From Mobula hypostoma (taxonomy: Eukaryota): DNA of 64,000 bases. Shown one piece after another: positions 49,005 through 59,944 of this stretch. Below the pieces are notes generated by a model, which was given only the letters and a program-made list of their open reading frames with translations, did no database searches and was not told where the DNA came from. Both the position numbers and the translations under genes were made by a program. How positions within the stretch are numbered: position 1 is the first letter of the stretch; each line of letters opens with the position of its first letter. Where the stretch lies: contig NC_086097.1 in NCBI RefSeq assembly GCF_963921235.1, positions 74,712,001 to 74,776,000 of the forward strand, written 5' to 3'.

Positions 49005-50945
49005 TCATTATGCCAGAAATTCAAGAGTGTCAGGGGCAGAAGTGAGTCTATTTGCTATTACTGAGGAGATGATGCTTGGGAAGCTGAAAGGTCTGCAGGC
49101 AGTTAAGCCACCTGGACTACTCCCCAAGGTTCTGAAAGAGATGGCTGAAGAGATTGTGGAGGCCTTAGTACTGATCTGTCAAGGATCACCAGATTCTGAC
49201 ATGGTTCTGGAGGACTGGAAAATTACAAATGTCACTCCACCCTCTAAGAAAGGAGAAAGACATTAGAAAGGAACTTATAGGCCGGTTAGCCTGACTTCAG
49301 TGGTTGGGAAGATGTTAAGGTTGGACTTTCAGAGTGCATGGTAAAATAGACCAAAGTCAGCATGGTTTCCTTAAGGGGAAATTTTGCATGTCAAATCTAT
49401 TGGCATTCTTTGAGGAAATAACAGTAATAACAGTCAGGATAGACAAAAGAGAATCAGTGGATGTTTGTTATTTGGGTTTTCAGAAGTCCTTTGTCAGGGT
49501 ACCACACATAAAACTGCCTAACAAAATAAGAATCCATGGTATTACAAGAAAGATGCTAGCATAGATAGAAGATTGGCTGACTGGTAGGAGGCAAAGTGTG
49601 GGAATAAAGGGAAGCTTTTTTGGTTGTCTTCCAGTGACTAGTGGTGGTCCACAGGGGTCAATACTGGGACCACTTTTTTATATTACATGCCAACGATTTG
49701 AACGATGGAATTGATGGTTTTGTGGCCAGGTTTGTGAATGATATGAAGATAGGTCAAGGGGCAGGTAATGTTGAGGAAGCCAAGCGTCTGCAGAAGAACT
49801 TAGACAGGTTGGGAGAATAAGCAAAGAAGTGACAGATGGAATATAGTGTGGAGAAGTGAATGGTCATATATTTTGGTAGAAGGAGTACAAGTGTAGACTA
49901 TTTTCTAAATGGGAAGAAAATTCAAAAATCAGAGGTGCAAAGGAACTTGGGAGTCCTTGTACAGGAATTATTCCAGGGTTAACATATGCGGAGTGTTTGA
50001 TGGTTCTGGGCCTGTATTCATTTAAGTTTAGAAGAATGATTCGAGATCTCATTATTACTCAGAGCATTGAGTATAGGAGTTGGGATGTAATGTTGAAATT
50101 GTATAGGGCATTGGTGAGGCCAAATTTGGAGTATTGTGTATAGTTCTGGTCACCGAATTATAGGAAAGATGTCAATAAAATTGAGAGAGTACAGAGGAGG
50201 TTTACTAAAATGTTGCTTGGGTTTCATCTGCTAAGTTACAGAGAAAGGTTGAACAAGTTAGGTCTTTATTCTTTGGAGCGTAGAAGGTTGAGGGGGGAAA
50301 TTGATAGAATTGACGTGGATAGGCTTTTTCCATTGAGAGTGGGGAAGATTCAAACAAGAGGACATGAGTTGAGAGTTAAAGGACAAAAGTTTAGGGGTAA
50401 CATGAGGGGGAACTTCTTTACTCAGAGAGTGGTAGCTGTGTGGCTTCCAGCAGAAATGGTTGAGGCAGGTTCGTTGTTGTTGTTTAAAGTTAAATTGGAT
50501 AGATATATGGACAGGAAAGGAATGGAGGGTTATGGGCTGAGTGCATGTCGGTGGAACTAGGGGAGAGTAAGAGTTCAGCATGGACTAGAAGGGCCGAATG
50601 GCCTGTTTCGGTGCTGCAATTGTTATATGGTTCTATCTCATTGAAGCCCTATCAAATATTGGAAGGTCTATATTGAGTGGATTTGGAGAGGATATTTCCT
50701 ATTGTGGGCGAGTCTACGACCACAGGGCACGGCCTCAGAATAGAAGGACATCCATTTAAAACAGATATATGGAGGCCAAGTTATTGAATATATTTAAAGC
50801 GGAGGTTGATATGTTCTTGATTAGTCAAAGCATTAAAGGTTACAGGTAGAAGGCATGAGAATAGGGTTGAAAGGGGTAATAAATGAGCAATGGTGGAATG
50901 GCAAAGCCAATTGGCCTAATTCTGCTCCTATATCATATGGTCTAA
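49005..50945 (+). mobile_element. CR1 3' part containing a second nested CR1 3' fragment (50054-50634)
   Basis: Decayed RT motifs; the nested copy is bounded by an 8-bp TSD atctcatt (50046-53, 50635-42); each has its own 3' tail. Confidence 0.88.
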
Positions 50946-51173
50946 TATTAGTATTTTAACTTTATCTTCTTGAAAGTGAAAGTTTTTATCTTGAAATGAA
51001 TTCATGTTGACTCACCTCTGTTTCTATTGGGCACCTACAATTTAAAATTAGTCTCAATTTGTCACAAATTGTTTATGCTTACTTGAAGAATTAAGAATGA
51101 AGATTGGTTTGGGTGTCACACACAAAAAGCTGTAGGAACTCAGCAGGCCAGGCAGCATCTGTGGTAAAAAGTA

Positions 51174-51211
51174 CAGTCGACACTTTTGGCTGAGACCCTT
51201 CAGCAGGACTG
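51174..51211 (-). ncRNA. Degenerate minimal hammerhead ribozyme motif
   Basis: Reverse complement CAGTC-CTGCTGA-AGGGTCTCAGCCA-AAAGT-GTC-GACTG. Confidence 0.55.
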
Positions 51212-52077
51212 GAGGGGGAAAAAAAGTAAATTTAAAAGGTGGGGCAAGGTGAGTGAGAAACACAAGGTGAGGGGTGAAACCGTGAGGCAGGAGGATGAAG
51301 TGAAGAGCTGGGAAGTTGGTTGGTAAAAGAGATACAGGGCTGGAGAAGGGGGGATTCTGATTGAAGGCAACAAAAGGTCATGAAAGAAAGAAAGGGAGGG
51401 GAGAGCACCAGAGGGAGGCAATGGGCAGGCAAGGAGACAAGGTGAGAGAGGGATAAGGAGATGGGGAATGGTGAAGGGGAGCCATTACCGTAAGTTCTAC
51501 ATCAGGTCTCATGGATATTGTGACTTCCTGTATATCGGTGAAACTCAATGTAGATTGGGAGACCACTTCGTCAAGCACCTGTGCCTCATCCGCCAGAAAA
51601 AGCGAGATCTCCCAGTGGCCACCCATTTTAATTCCACTTCCCATTCCCATTCCAATATGTCAATCCTTAGCCTTCACTACTGTTGCAATGGGGCCACACT
51701 CAGGTTGGAGGAACAACACCTTATATTTTGTCTGGATAGCCTCCAACCTGATGGCATGAATATCGATTTCCCGAACTTCCAATAATGCCCCCCTCCCCTC
51801 TCCTTCACCATTTACCATCCCCTTTTCCCTCTCTCACCTTATCTCCTCACCTGCCGCCTCCCTCTGGTGCTCTTCTCCGCCCTGCCCCCCACCCCTTTCT
51901 TTCTTCCATGGCCTTATGTCCTCTCCTATCAGACTTCCCCTTCAGCCCTGTATCTCTTTCACCAATCAATTTCCCAGCTCTTTACTTCATCCCTCCCCCT
52001 CCTGGTTTCACCTATCATCTTGTGTTTCTCACTCCCCTCCACCCACTTTTAAATCTACTCCTCATCTTTCTTCTCTC

Positions 52078-52115
52078 CAGTCCTGCCAAAGGGTCTCGGC
52101 CCAAAACGTCAACTG
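52078..52115 (+). ncRNA. Degenerate minimal hammerhead ribozyme motif
   Basis: CAGTC-CTGCCAA-AGGGTCTCGGCCC-AAAAC-GTC-AACTG; apart from the C in the core, the differences from consensus are CpG-type transitions. Confidence 0.6.
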
Positions 52116-53722
52116 TACTTTTTCCATAGATGCTGCCTGGCCTGCTGAGTTTCTCCAGCATTCCAGGTGTGTTGCTTGGATTTCCAGCATCTGCAAATTT
52201 TCTCTTGTTTGTGATTGGATTGAGTGTGTTGGTTAGGTTTTGTTACCAAAATAACACTTAATAGGTCCATATTAATTAAAGATAAATCTCCCAGTTTTCT
52301 GTGGAGCAAGCAATATTGCACAATTATTGGCCAGTTTGAATCACGCTGTCTTACAAAATGTCAATTCTCCTTCATGCTCCTGAAAGTTTCATGAATATAC
52401 TGTGCCTACAATCAACTCTAATAATGTTGTGATACCTAGGAGCTGTCCACAAACAAAAATATGAAGCACAATAAATAGAAGATCCACCATTTGATAGCTT
52501 AATTATCATGAGATTTATCTACTTGTATTGCCACTCGATCTGCCCTGCAGAGAAAATGAAGAGTTAATTCTGTAGCCTTGTTCTTGCCGGTATTAAATTG
52601 TCAGAACTTTTCAAAATGAGAACAAGTTCTTCTTCTTTCCCTCTTGTCTTTCAATGTCCGTTCATACTTTGATTTTATTCCGTGCCATCTTCTTCTCTTA
52701 GACCATCCTTAAATTCCTGTTGGATTGGACTGTGGTTCTTTCCCAGCCAATAATTGCAGTCACTAGTGTGCCAAAATCATCATGCTCTTACAGCTATTTG
52801 TATTACAGAACATCTTCGAGCTGAGAGACTCCAGCAAAAATCTGTGCTGTTGTGTTGCCAGAAAGCAGTCAACACAGAAATTGCTTTGAGTATTTATTTC
52901 GCAGTGTTAATATTCCTCAGAAAAAAAGGATATAGTTAAGTCCAAGTGATGATAGCATGCTAAGAAACATTTGCATTACAAATAAATTTGATTGATTTTT
53001 AAGTCTGCATTCTTAGCATGGACTTGTTTTTATGATTATCTGCCATTCAGGTACTTTTTCTTCATGCATTTTGTCTTCTGGGAAACCTTGGGTTTCATTC
53101 TTTCTCGTTGGGCTTGGGTGAAAGAGGAATGACATAAAAGGACACACCATCCCAGATTGAAATGATATTACAGAGTGATATGGACAGAGGCTTGAAACAT
53201 TTACCCAACTGCCCTTACAGAGGAAGAATTGGTTCATACAAGCTTCTTCAATGCATAACTGTGTAGCATCACCTCGCTTTAAATATCTCACTGAACAAGC
53301 CTTTTGATTTGGAGCTGTCAATTTTGATACATCGTGTTTTATTCTTATGTTTTCATGTAAAGTGTTATGTGATTATCCCAATTTAAAAGATCAAATTAAG
53401 AGCTGTTGACTTTTTCAGGACTGGGGCAAAATGAATATACTTTTGTATCATTCCTTGTCTAGGTGTCATTCACATGCAGAATATTCAGCATTGTTGAAAC
53501 CCGTGGAAAGTGTAGTTTATTATCCTTTCTATTGCAGATTAGAAATTGTATGTATTTTGTTTCTTAAGTGAATGTTTGGATGTAGAAATCACAACATGAG
53601 ACATGCTTGTCAGAAAAAATAAGTTTTTAACATTATTTGATGTGACAAAAATCTCTCTCCTTAAAACCAGAAAATGTTACATCAAATCAGTAATAATTAA
53701 AGAACAAGAACATTATAAACTG

Positions 53723-55450
53723 GTTCTCATCTTATTTTTACCATAGATGTCCAGTCCCTATACACCTCCATTTCCAATCAGGAAGGCCTCAAAACTCTCA
53801 GTTTCTTTCTGGGCACCAGACCCAACCAGTTCTACTCCACCACCACTCTCCTCCGTCTAGTGAAACTTATCCTCAATCTTAATAATTTCTCCTTTGGCTC
53901 CTCCCACTTCCTTCAAACAAAAGATGTAGCCATGGACACTCGCATGGATCCCAGCTACGCCTGGCTTTTTGTCAGTTACATGGAACAGTCTGTGTTCCAG
54001 GCCTACACTGTCCCCCACTTTTCCTATGCTACATCAATGACTGCGTTGGTGCTGCTCCGTGCACCCATGCAGAACTCATTAATTTCATCCACTTTGTCTC
54101 TAACTTCCACCCTGCCCTCAAATTAACCTGGTCCATTTCCAACATCTTCCCCTTTCTCGATCTCACTGTCTCTATCTCTGGAGACAGCTTATCTGTTGAT
54201 GTGTATTATAAACCCCATGGACTTTCACAGCTACCTGGACTATAAAAACATCATCACATTTCTCAATTCTTCTGTCTGCACCGCATCAGCTCTTGGGATG
54301 AGGCTTTGCATTCCAGAACGAAAGAGATGTTCTTCTTCAAAAAAAGGCTTCCCTTCCTGCACTATCAACACTGCCCTCAACTGCATCTCTTCCATTTCAC
54401 ACATGTCTGCTCTCACCCCATCCTCCCGCCACCCTACCAGGGAAAGGGTACCTCTTGTCCTCACCAGCCTCCGCATCCAGCATATATTTCTAAGCAACAT
54501 CCACCATCTCCAACTGGATCCCATCACCAAGCATGTCTCCCCCCGCCCCGCTTTCTGCTTTCTGCAGGGATCGCTCCCTACGTGATGCCCTTGTCCATTT
54601 GTCCCTCCCCACTGATCTCCATCCTGGCACTTAGCCTTGCAGGTGGAACATGTGCTTACCTGCTCCTACACCTTCTCCTTCACTACCACTCAGGGCCCAA
54701 AACTTCCCTTCCAATTGAGGCAACACTTCACCTGTGGGTCTGTTGGGGCCATATACTGTGTCCTGGTGTGGCCTCCCGTATATTGGTGAGACTCAACGTA
54801 GGTTGAGAGACCACTTCGCCAAGCACCAGCACTCCATCTGCCAGAAAAAGCAGGATCTCCCAGTGGCCACCCATTTTAATTTCACTTCCCATTCCCATTC
54901 TGAATCGTGCATCAATGGCCTCCCCTACTGTCACGATGAGGCCATACTCAAGTTAGAGGAACAACACCTTATATTCCATCTGGGTAGCCTCCAACCTGAT
55001 GGCATGAACATCGATTTCTCAAACTTCTGGTTATAACCCCAGCCACACCCCCCTCACCAGTCCCCATCCCCTTTTCCCTCTCTCACCTTATCTCCTTGCC
55101 TGCCCATCGCCTCCTTCTGCTGCTCCTCCCTGTTTTTCTTTCTTCCATGGCTATCTGTCCTCTCCTATTAGATTCCACCTTTTCCTGCCCTGCATCTCTT
55201 GCAACAAGCAACTTCCCAGCTCTTTACTTCACCCCTCCCCCTCCCGGTTTCACGTATCACCTTGAGTTTCCTCTCCTCCCCTCACCTTTTAACTCTACTC
55301 TTTTTTTTTTCTCTCTAGTCCTACTGAAGCGTTTCGGCCCGAAACATCGACTGTACTTTTTTCCGCAGGTGCTGCCTGGCCTGCTGAGTTCCTCCAACAT
55401 TTTGCATGTGTTGCTCGGATTTCCTGCATGTGCAGATTTTCTCTTGTTTG
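53723..55450 (+). mobile_element. Penelope-like element, 5'-truncated (RT + GIY-YIG remnants)
   Basis: DVQSLYTSI, NNFSFGSSHFLQ.K.VAM.TRM.PSYA.LF, CGLPYIGETQRRL; TSD acattataaactg / acattataagctg (53710-22, 55451-63). Confidence 0.92.
55316..55353 (+). ncRNA. Degenerate minimal hammerhead ribozyme motif
   Basis: TAGTC-CTACTGA-AGCGTTTCGGCCC-GAAAC-ATC-GACTG. Confidence 0.6.
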
Positions 55451-55463
55451 ACATTATAAGCTG

Positions 55464-55792
55464 TCATGGTTTCCTAGTAGTTAGCATGACGCTTTACAGC
55501 AACAGTGTTCGTGATCATCAGGATTCAATTCCCACTGCTGTCTGTGAGGAGTCGGTATGTTCTCCTCGTGACCACATAGTTTTCTCTGGGTGCTCTGTTT
55601 ACCTCCCGCATTCTAAAGATTTACTGGTTAGGGTCAAGATTAGTAAGCTGTGGGCTTGCTATGTTGTTTCTGGAAGCACTGTGACATTTGCGGGTTGCCC
55701 TCAGCACATCCTCATACTGTGTTGGTCAATGACACGAAAGAACACATTTCACTGTATGTTTTGATGTACTTGTGACAAATAAAGCTAATCTT
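55464..55792 (+). mobile_element. V-SINE-like tRNA-derived SINE
   Basis: Decayed A/B boxes (ggattcaattccc); V-domain-like ggagt..tatgttctc..gtg..ttctctgggtgctc.g.tt.cctccc.cattc.aaaga; tail aataaagctaatctt. Confidence 0.75.
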
Positions 55793-57344
55793 TGGGTGCA
55801 GTATAAAATCTGACCCGTAGCAGACAACGTAGCATCTCCCATCATAAATATTAGAAGACCCATCAGATTCAGCAGCAAAGGCCTAATCAGATCTTGCTTG
55901 CTGAAAACACCAAGAGAAGATGACCATGGAATAGGACCTAAATGCTGTTGTTCAACGTACTCAATGAGGACTGAAAAGTATCTGCATTTCATTGTATTGA
56001 GATAACCATGATGTTCCTTTGCATATCATCGAGGTTATTGCTGAGCGACATTCACATGGATTTAATTTATGCTTGATGTACAGAATGATGAGACATACCC
56101 AATGATGAAAACCAACATTTCTTTACTTTGAGGGGGGAAATAAAAGTTTAAACCTGAAAAGGTATTACAGGTGAGTGAAATTATTAAATTGTACAGCATC
56201 AAAAGAAAGCATTCAGTCTCTCAAGCTGCTCATTTGCTCTGCTGAATATGCTTTTATTCTATTAAGAACTTTTTAAGAAGATAAACATGAAATTTATACC
56301 AGACTGATTGGTTGGATTAAAATGGTCATGATAATTACAGTAGATGGTTATAATTAGTTTACATTTTGTAAAGGCTACTTTCAGACTTTACATTGTTCTG
56401 GACTTACCCCACAAATTAGAATATTCACAATATCATAGATTTAAGTGCTTCTGATTATATTAATTTGATGGTGACACCAAGCTTTGTGAAGTGACTTCAG
56501 TAAAGGTAATTTGTAGAAATGTGCAGATTAACTGATACGCCTACCAGAGTGTTGAAAAGTACACATTTGTCCCCGGACAGAAATTCATACTTGTTTATTT
56601 GGCTACAGCAGTTAATTCAAACAAGGTAGAAAGACCAAACATGACTTTAGTCAACAAATTAAATGATGCTTTTGGAGGATAGAAAAGATGTCTGTAGTTT
56701 TTCTCCAATGGGGATATACTTCCAGTGAGGAGCCCTGTCCATTAGGATACCCAATACCTGAAATGACTTCAGTAAACCAAAACCATTGGTAGTATCTAGA
56801 ATCTTTTCTCTGTGTACAGGATTCCTTATTGTTGTGTGTTGGGAAATCCATTCCATAGTTTCATTGTTACAGGGAAGAACTGATTTTCTGGGCAGGTTAC
56901 ATTAATCCTGTATATGTTAGTTCATGAAGAACGTTGAATGTCTTCACTTGTTGCAGTATTCTCCTGCAGCACCAAGTAACCTGCAGTCTCTTGTTCAAAT
57001 GGTCATTTTTGGGCTTCTTCCCTGTAGTAACCTGTATGTATCTGGCATCATTAATGTAGTCCCACAGCACTTCACAGGAACACCCTAGATGTTAGTTAAG
57101 TCTATGATCATTCCAAACAATCCCTATTTTTCCATTTGAGTTGCTGAAAATAAATCAAAAATTTGCTTGGTTTTTCTTCTCTAACCAGATTGGCAAGGAA
57201 ATCACTTATTACCCCACACCAACCTCGAAAATCCCTGTGAATTAACCTTGAGGCAATCATTGCCATATTCGGTCCCATTTTAACCCAAAGACCTGTTCTG
57301 ATCAACTGGCTGGAATGTTCTCTGGTATTTTTACCCTCTCACTT

Positions 57345-58858
57345 TGGCAGTCTACTTCAAGCAGGCTTCAATTATACCAGGGTCTAACAAGAATATGGTG
57401 ACCTGCCTCAATGACTATTGTCCAGTAGCACTTACCTCCACTGTGAGGAAATGCTGTGAGAGGTTGGCGATGAAACATATCAACTCCTGCCTCAGAAGCA
57501 ACTTGGATCCACTTTAATGTACCTACAGTCACAGCAGTTCAATGGCAGATGCCATTTCATTGGCTCTTCGCTCAACTCTGGAACATCTGGACAGTGAAGA
57601 TGCATACATTAGCATACTCCTCAATGACTACAGCTCAACGTTTAATGCTATCATCCTCACAAAACTAATCAATAAGCTTCAAGATGTAGGCCGCAATATC
57701 TCCTGCAACTGGATCCTCAATTTCCTCACTTGCGGATTCCAGGCAGTCTGTATTGGCAACAACACCTCCTTCACAATCTCCATCAGTATAGGCGCACCAC
57801 AAGGCTGTGTGCTTAATTCCTGCTCTACTTACTTCATACGTATGACTATGAGGCTAATCACAGCTACAATGTCATATTTATACTTGCTGACAACACCGCT
57901 GCTGTTGACCAAATCAAAGGTGTGATGACCCAGCATATAGGAGTGAGATTGAAAACCTAGCTGAGTGGTGCCACAACAACAACCTCTCACTCCGTGTCAG
58001 CAGACTAAGGAGCTGATTATTGACTTCAGGAGGAGGAAACCAGAAGTCCATGAGTCAGTCCTCATCGGGGGATCAGGGGTGGAGAGGGTCGGCAACTTTA
58101 AATTCTTTGGTGTTATCATTTCAGAAGACTTGTCCTGGGTCCAGCAGGTAGGTGCCATTGTGAAGAAAGCAAAGCTGTGCCTCTAATTTGTGAGGATTCG
58201 GCATGTCATCTAAAACTATGACAAACATATATAGATGTGCGGTGGAGAGTATATTGGCTAGTTGCATTACAGCTCGGTATGAAAACACCAATGCCCTTGA
58301 ATGGAAGATCTTAGTGGATACAGTCCTGTCCATCATAGGTAAAACCCTCCCCGCCTTTGAGCATATCTGCACAGAGTGCCGTCACGGAAAAGCAGCATCC
58401 ATCATTAAAGACCCCCCATCCAGCCCATGCTCTCTTCCCTCTGCTGTCATCAAGAAGAAAGTCCAGGAGCCTCAGGATTCACACTACCAGGTTCAGGAAC
58501 AGTTATTATGCCTGAAGCAACAGACCCTTGAACCAGAGGGGATAACTTCACTCAACTTCATTCGCCCCATTACTCAACTGTTCCCACAACCTATGGGCTC
58601 ACCTCAGGGATTCTTCATCTCATGTTCTCGTGTTTGTTGCTCATTTATTTTTTACTATTATTATTATTATTTTTGGTTCTTTTTGTATTTGCACAACTTG
58701 ACTTTTGCACATTAGTTGTTTGTCCTGCTGGGTGCAGTGTTTCATTGATTCTGTTTTCCTTGTATTTACTGTGAATGGCTGCAAGAAGATTTGCAGGGTT
58801 GTATACTGTGACACATAAATGTTTTGATAATAAGTTTACTTTCAACTTTGACCTTTGA
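57345..58858 (+). mobile_element. Rex1/Babar LINE, 5'-truncated
   Basis: ADAISLAL..LEHLD, DYSSTFNAI, GAPQGCVL, KELIIDFR, FKFFGVIISEDLSW; (ctttga)n tail. Confidence 0.88.
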
Positions 58859-59944
58859 AATTGTCTCAAGACAAATATTGTTCATGAATTATTTTCTTGG
58901 AAAATGACGCTATATCTAATAGTGAAGTGGAAGCTTGTAAGGATAAGGGTAAGCATATCGAAAGCATATTTTAGATAGAGGCTAAAATCTCATTATTTCT
59001 TCTCCATGGAAGTGCCATCTGTGGAATGCAGTCAATAGGTTTCAGTATATCTAATGTGCATTGATCTCTGCAAATTTAGATATTCAATAACTGAGTAGTA
59101 AAATATGTTTAGGTTTTGGAAATTCTGTTTCTGAGTGTTCATCACCTTGAAAAAAAATGTTTGTCAGAATAAATCACAATTTCTACGATAATTGCTTTCT
59201 TATAAAGAACAAGCTAAGAAGGCGAATTTGCCTCCATCAACCCCCCACCCCTGTGCCAAAATTAAATCAAGGCCTAATGAGCAGAAAGCAAAAGTGGGCA
59301 GAGATCCCCGCTGCTCATTGTTAACCAATGTTGTGTGTTTGCACTCAATTTGAGTACTGGAATCATCTACCAGAAAGAGGTGAGAGCTTTATTACAACAT
59401 TACGGAAGATATGCCACTTTCTGACCTATCTGTCAAGTGTACAGTGTTAGTTCTGCACAACTGAATTGCCACACTAATTTGCTGTGTTTTACATTATAAT
59501 GTTTCAGCATTGAAATATAAAATTTGTCATTCAGTTGGTTTAAAGTGCTCCTTATCAGGGCCTGGAATTTTTCAGTCAGTGGTGAAGCAACTCTCCTCTT
59601 CATTGACTTTGAAGGCAGCTTCCCACAAAGATACGGCTGAGCCAGACATCAGCTACTGTTAAGTGTCATCACGGGGAAATCTGGTGAAGAGCAACACTAG
59701 TGTCATCAGATTGACTAAGCAGCCAATCATATTGAAATATTCTGCTAGACCTCAAATATAAATTCCAGCATGAAAAAAAACACATATATATTCCAGGTAG
59801 AGATATAGTAACATAAATAAAGAACAAAAGATCTTGTAAAATTAATTATTGTATGTTTATCAGAGAATTAAATACCATAAATGTAAATTCATGTCCAGGC
59901 AGTTTCATAACAGTAACTGTCGCTTAGAATGCAATTTTAAATCG

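Larger units (their letters stand above)
51117..52212 (+). mobile_element. Truncated Penelope-like element with long inverted 3' copy
   Basis: GIY-YIG C-terminus CDFLYIGETQCRLGDHF.KHL (ORF 51468-51785); 51117-51480 is inverted relative to about 51800-52175; TSD gattggtttgggtgt / gattggattgagtgt (51102-16, 52213-27). Confidence 0.9.

Noticed and set aside
55096..55764. 222-aa ORF and similar Pro/Ser/Leu-rich ORFs (1348-1974, 61185-61754)
   Set aside because: They arise from pyrimidine-rich PLE 3' UTR, SINE or LTR sequence and cross element boundaries.
56083..56176. Possible exon ending at a strong CAG|GTGAGT donor (56170/71)
   Set aside because: The upstream acceptor is weak and there is no recognisable peptide; unsupported without transcripts.
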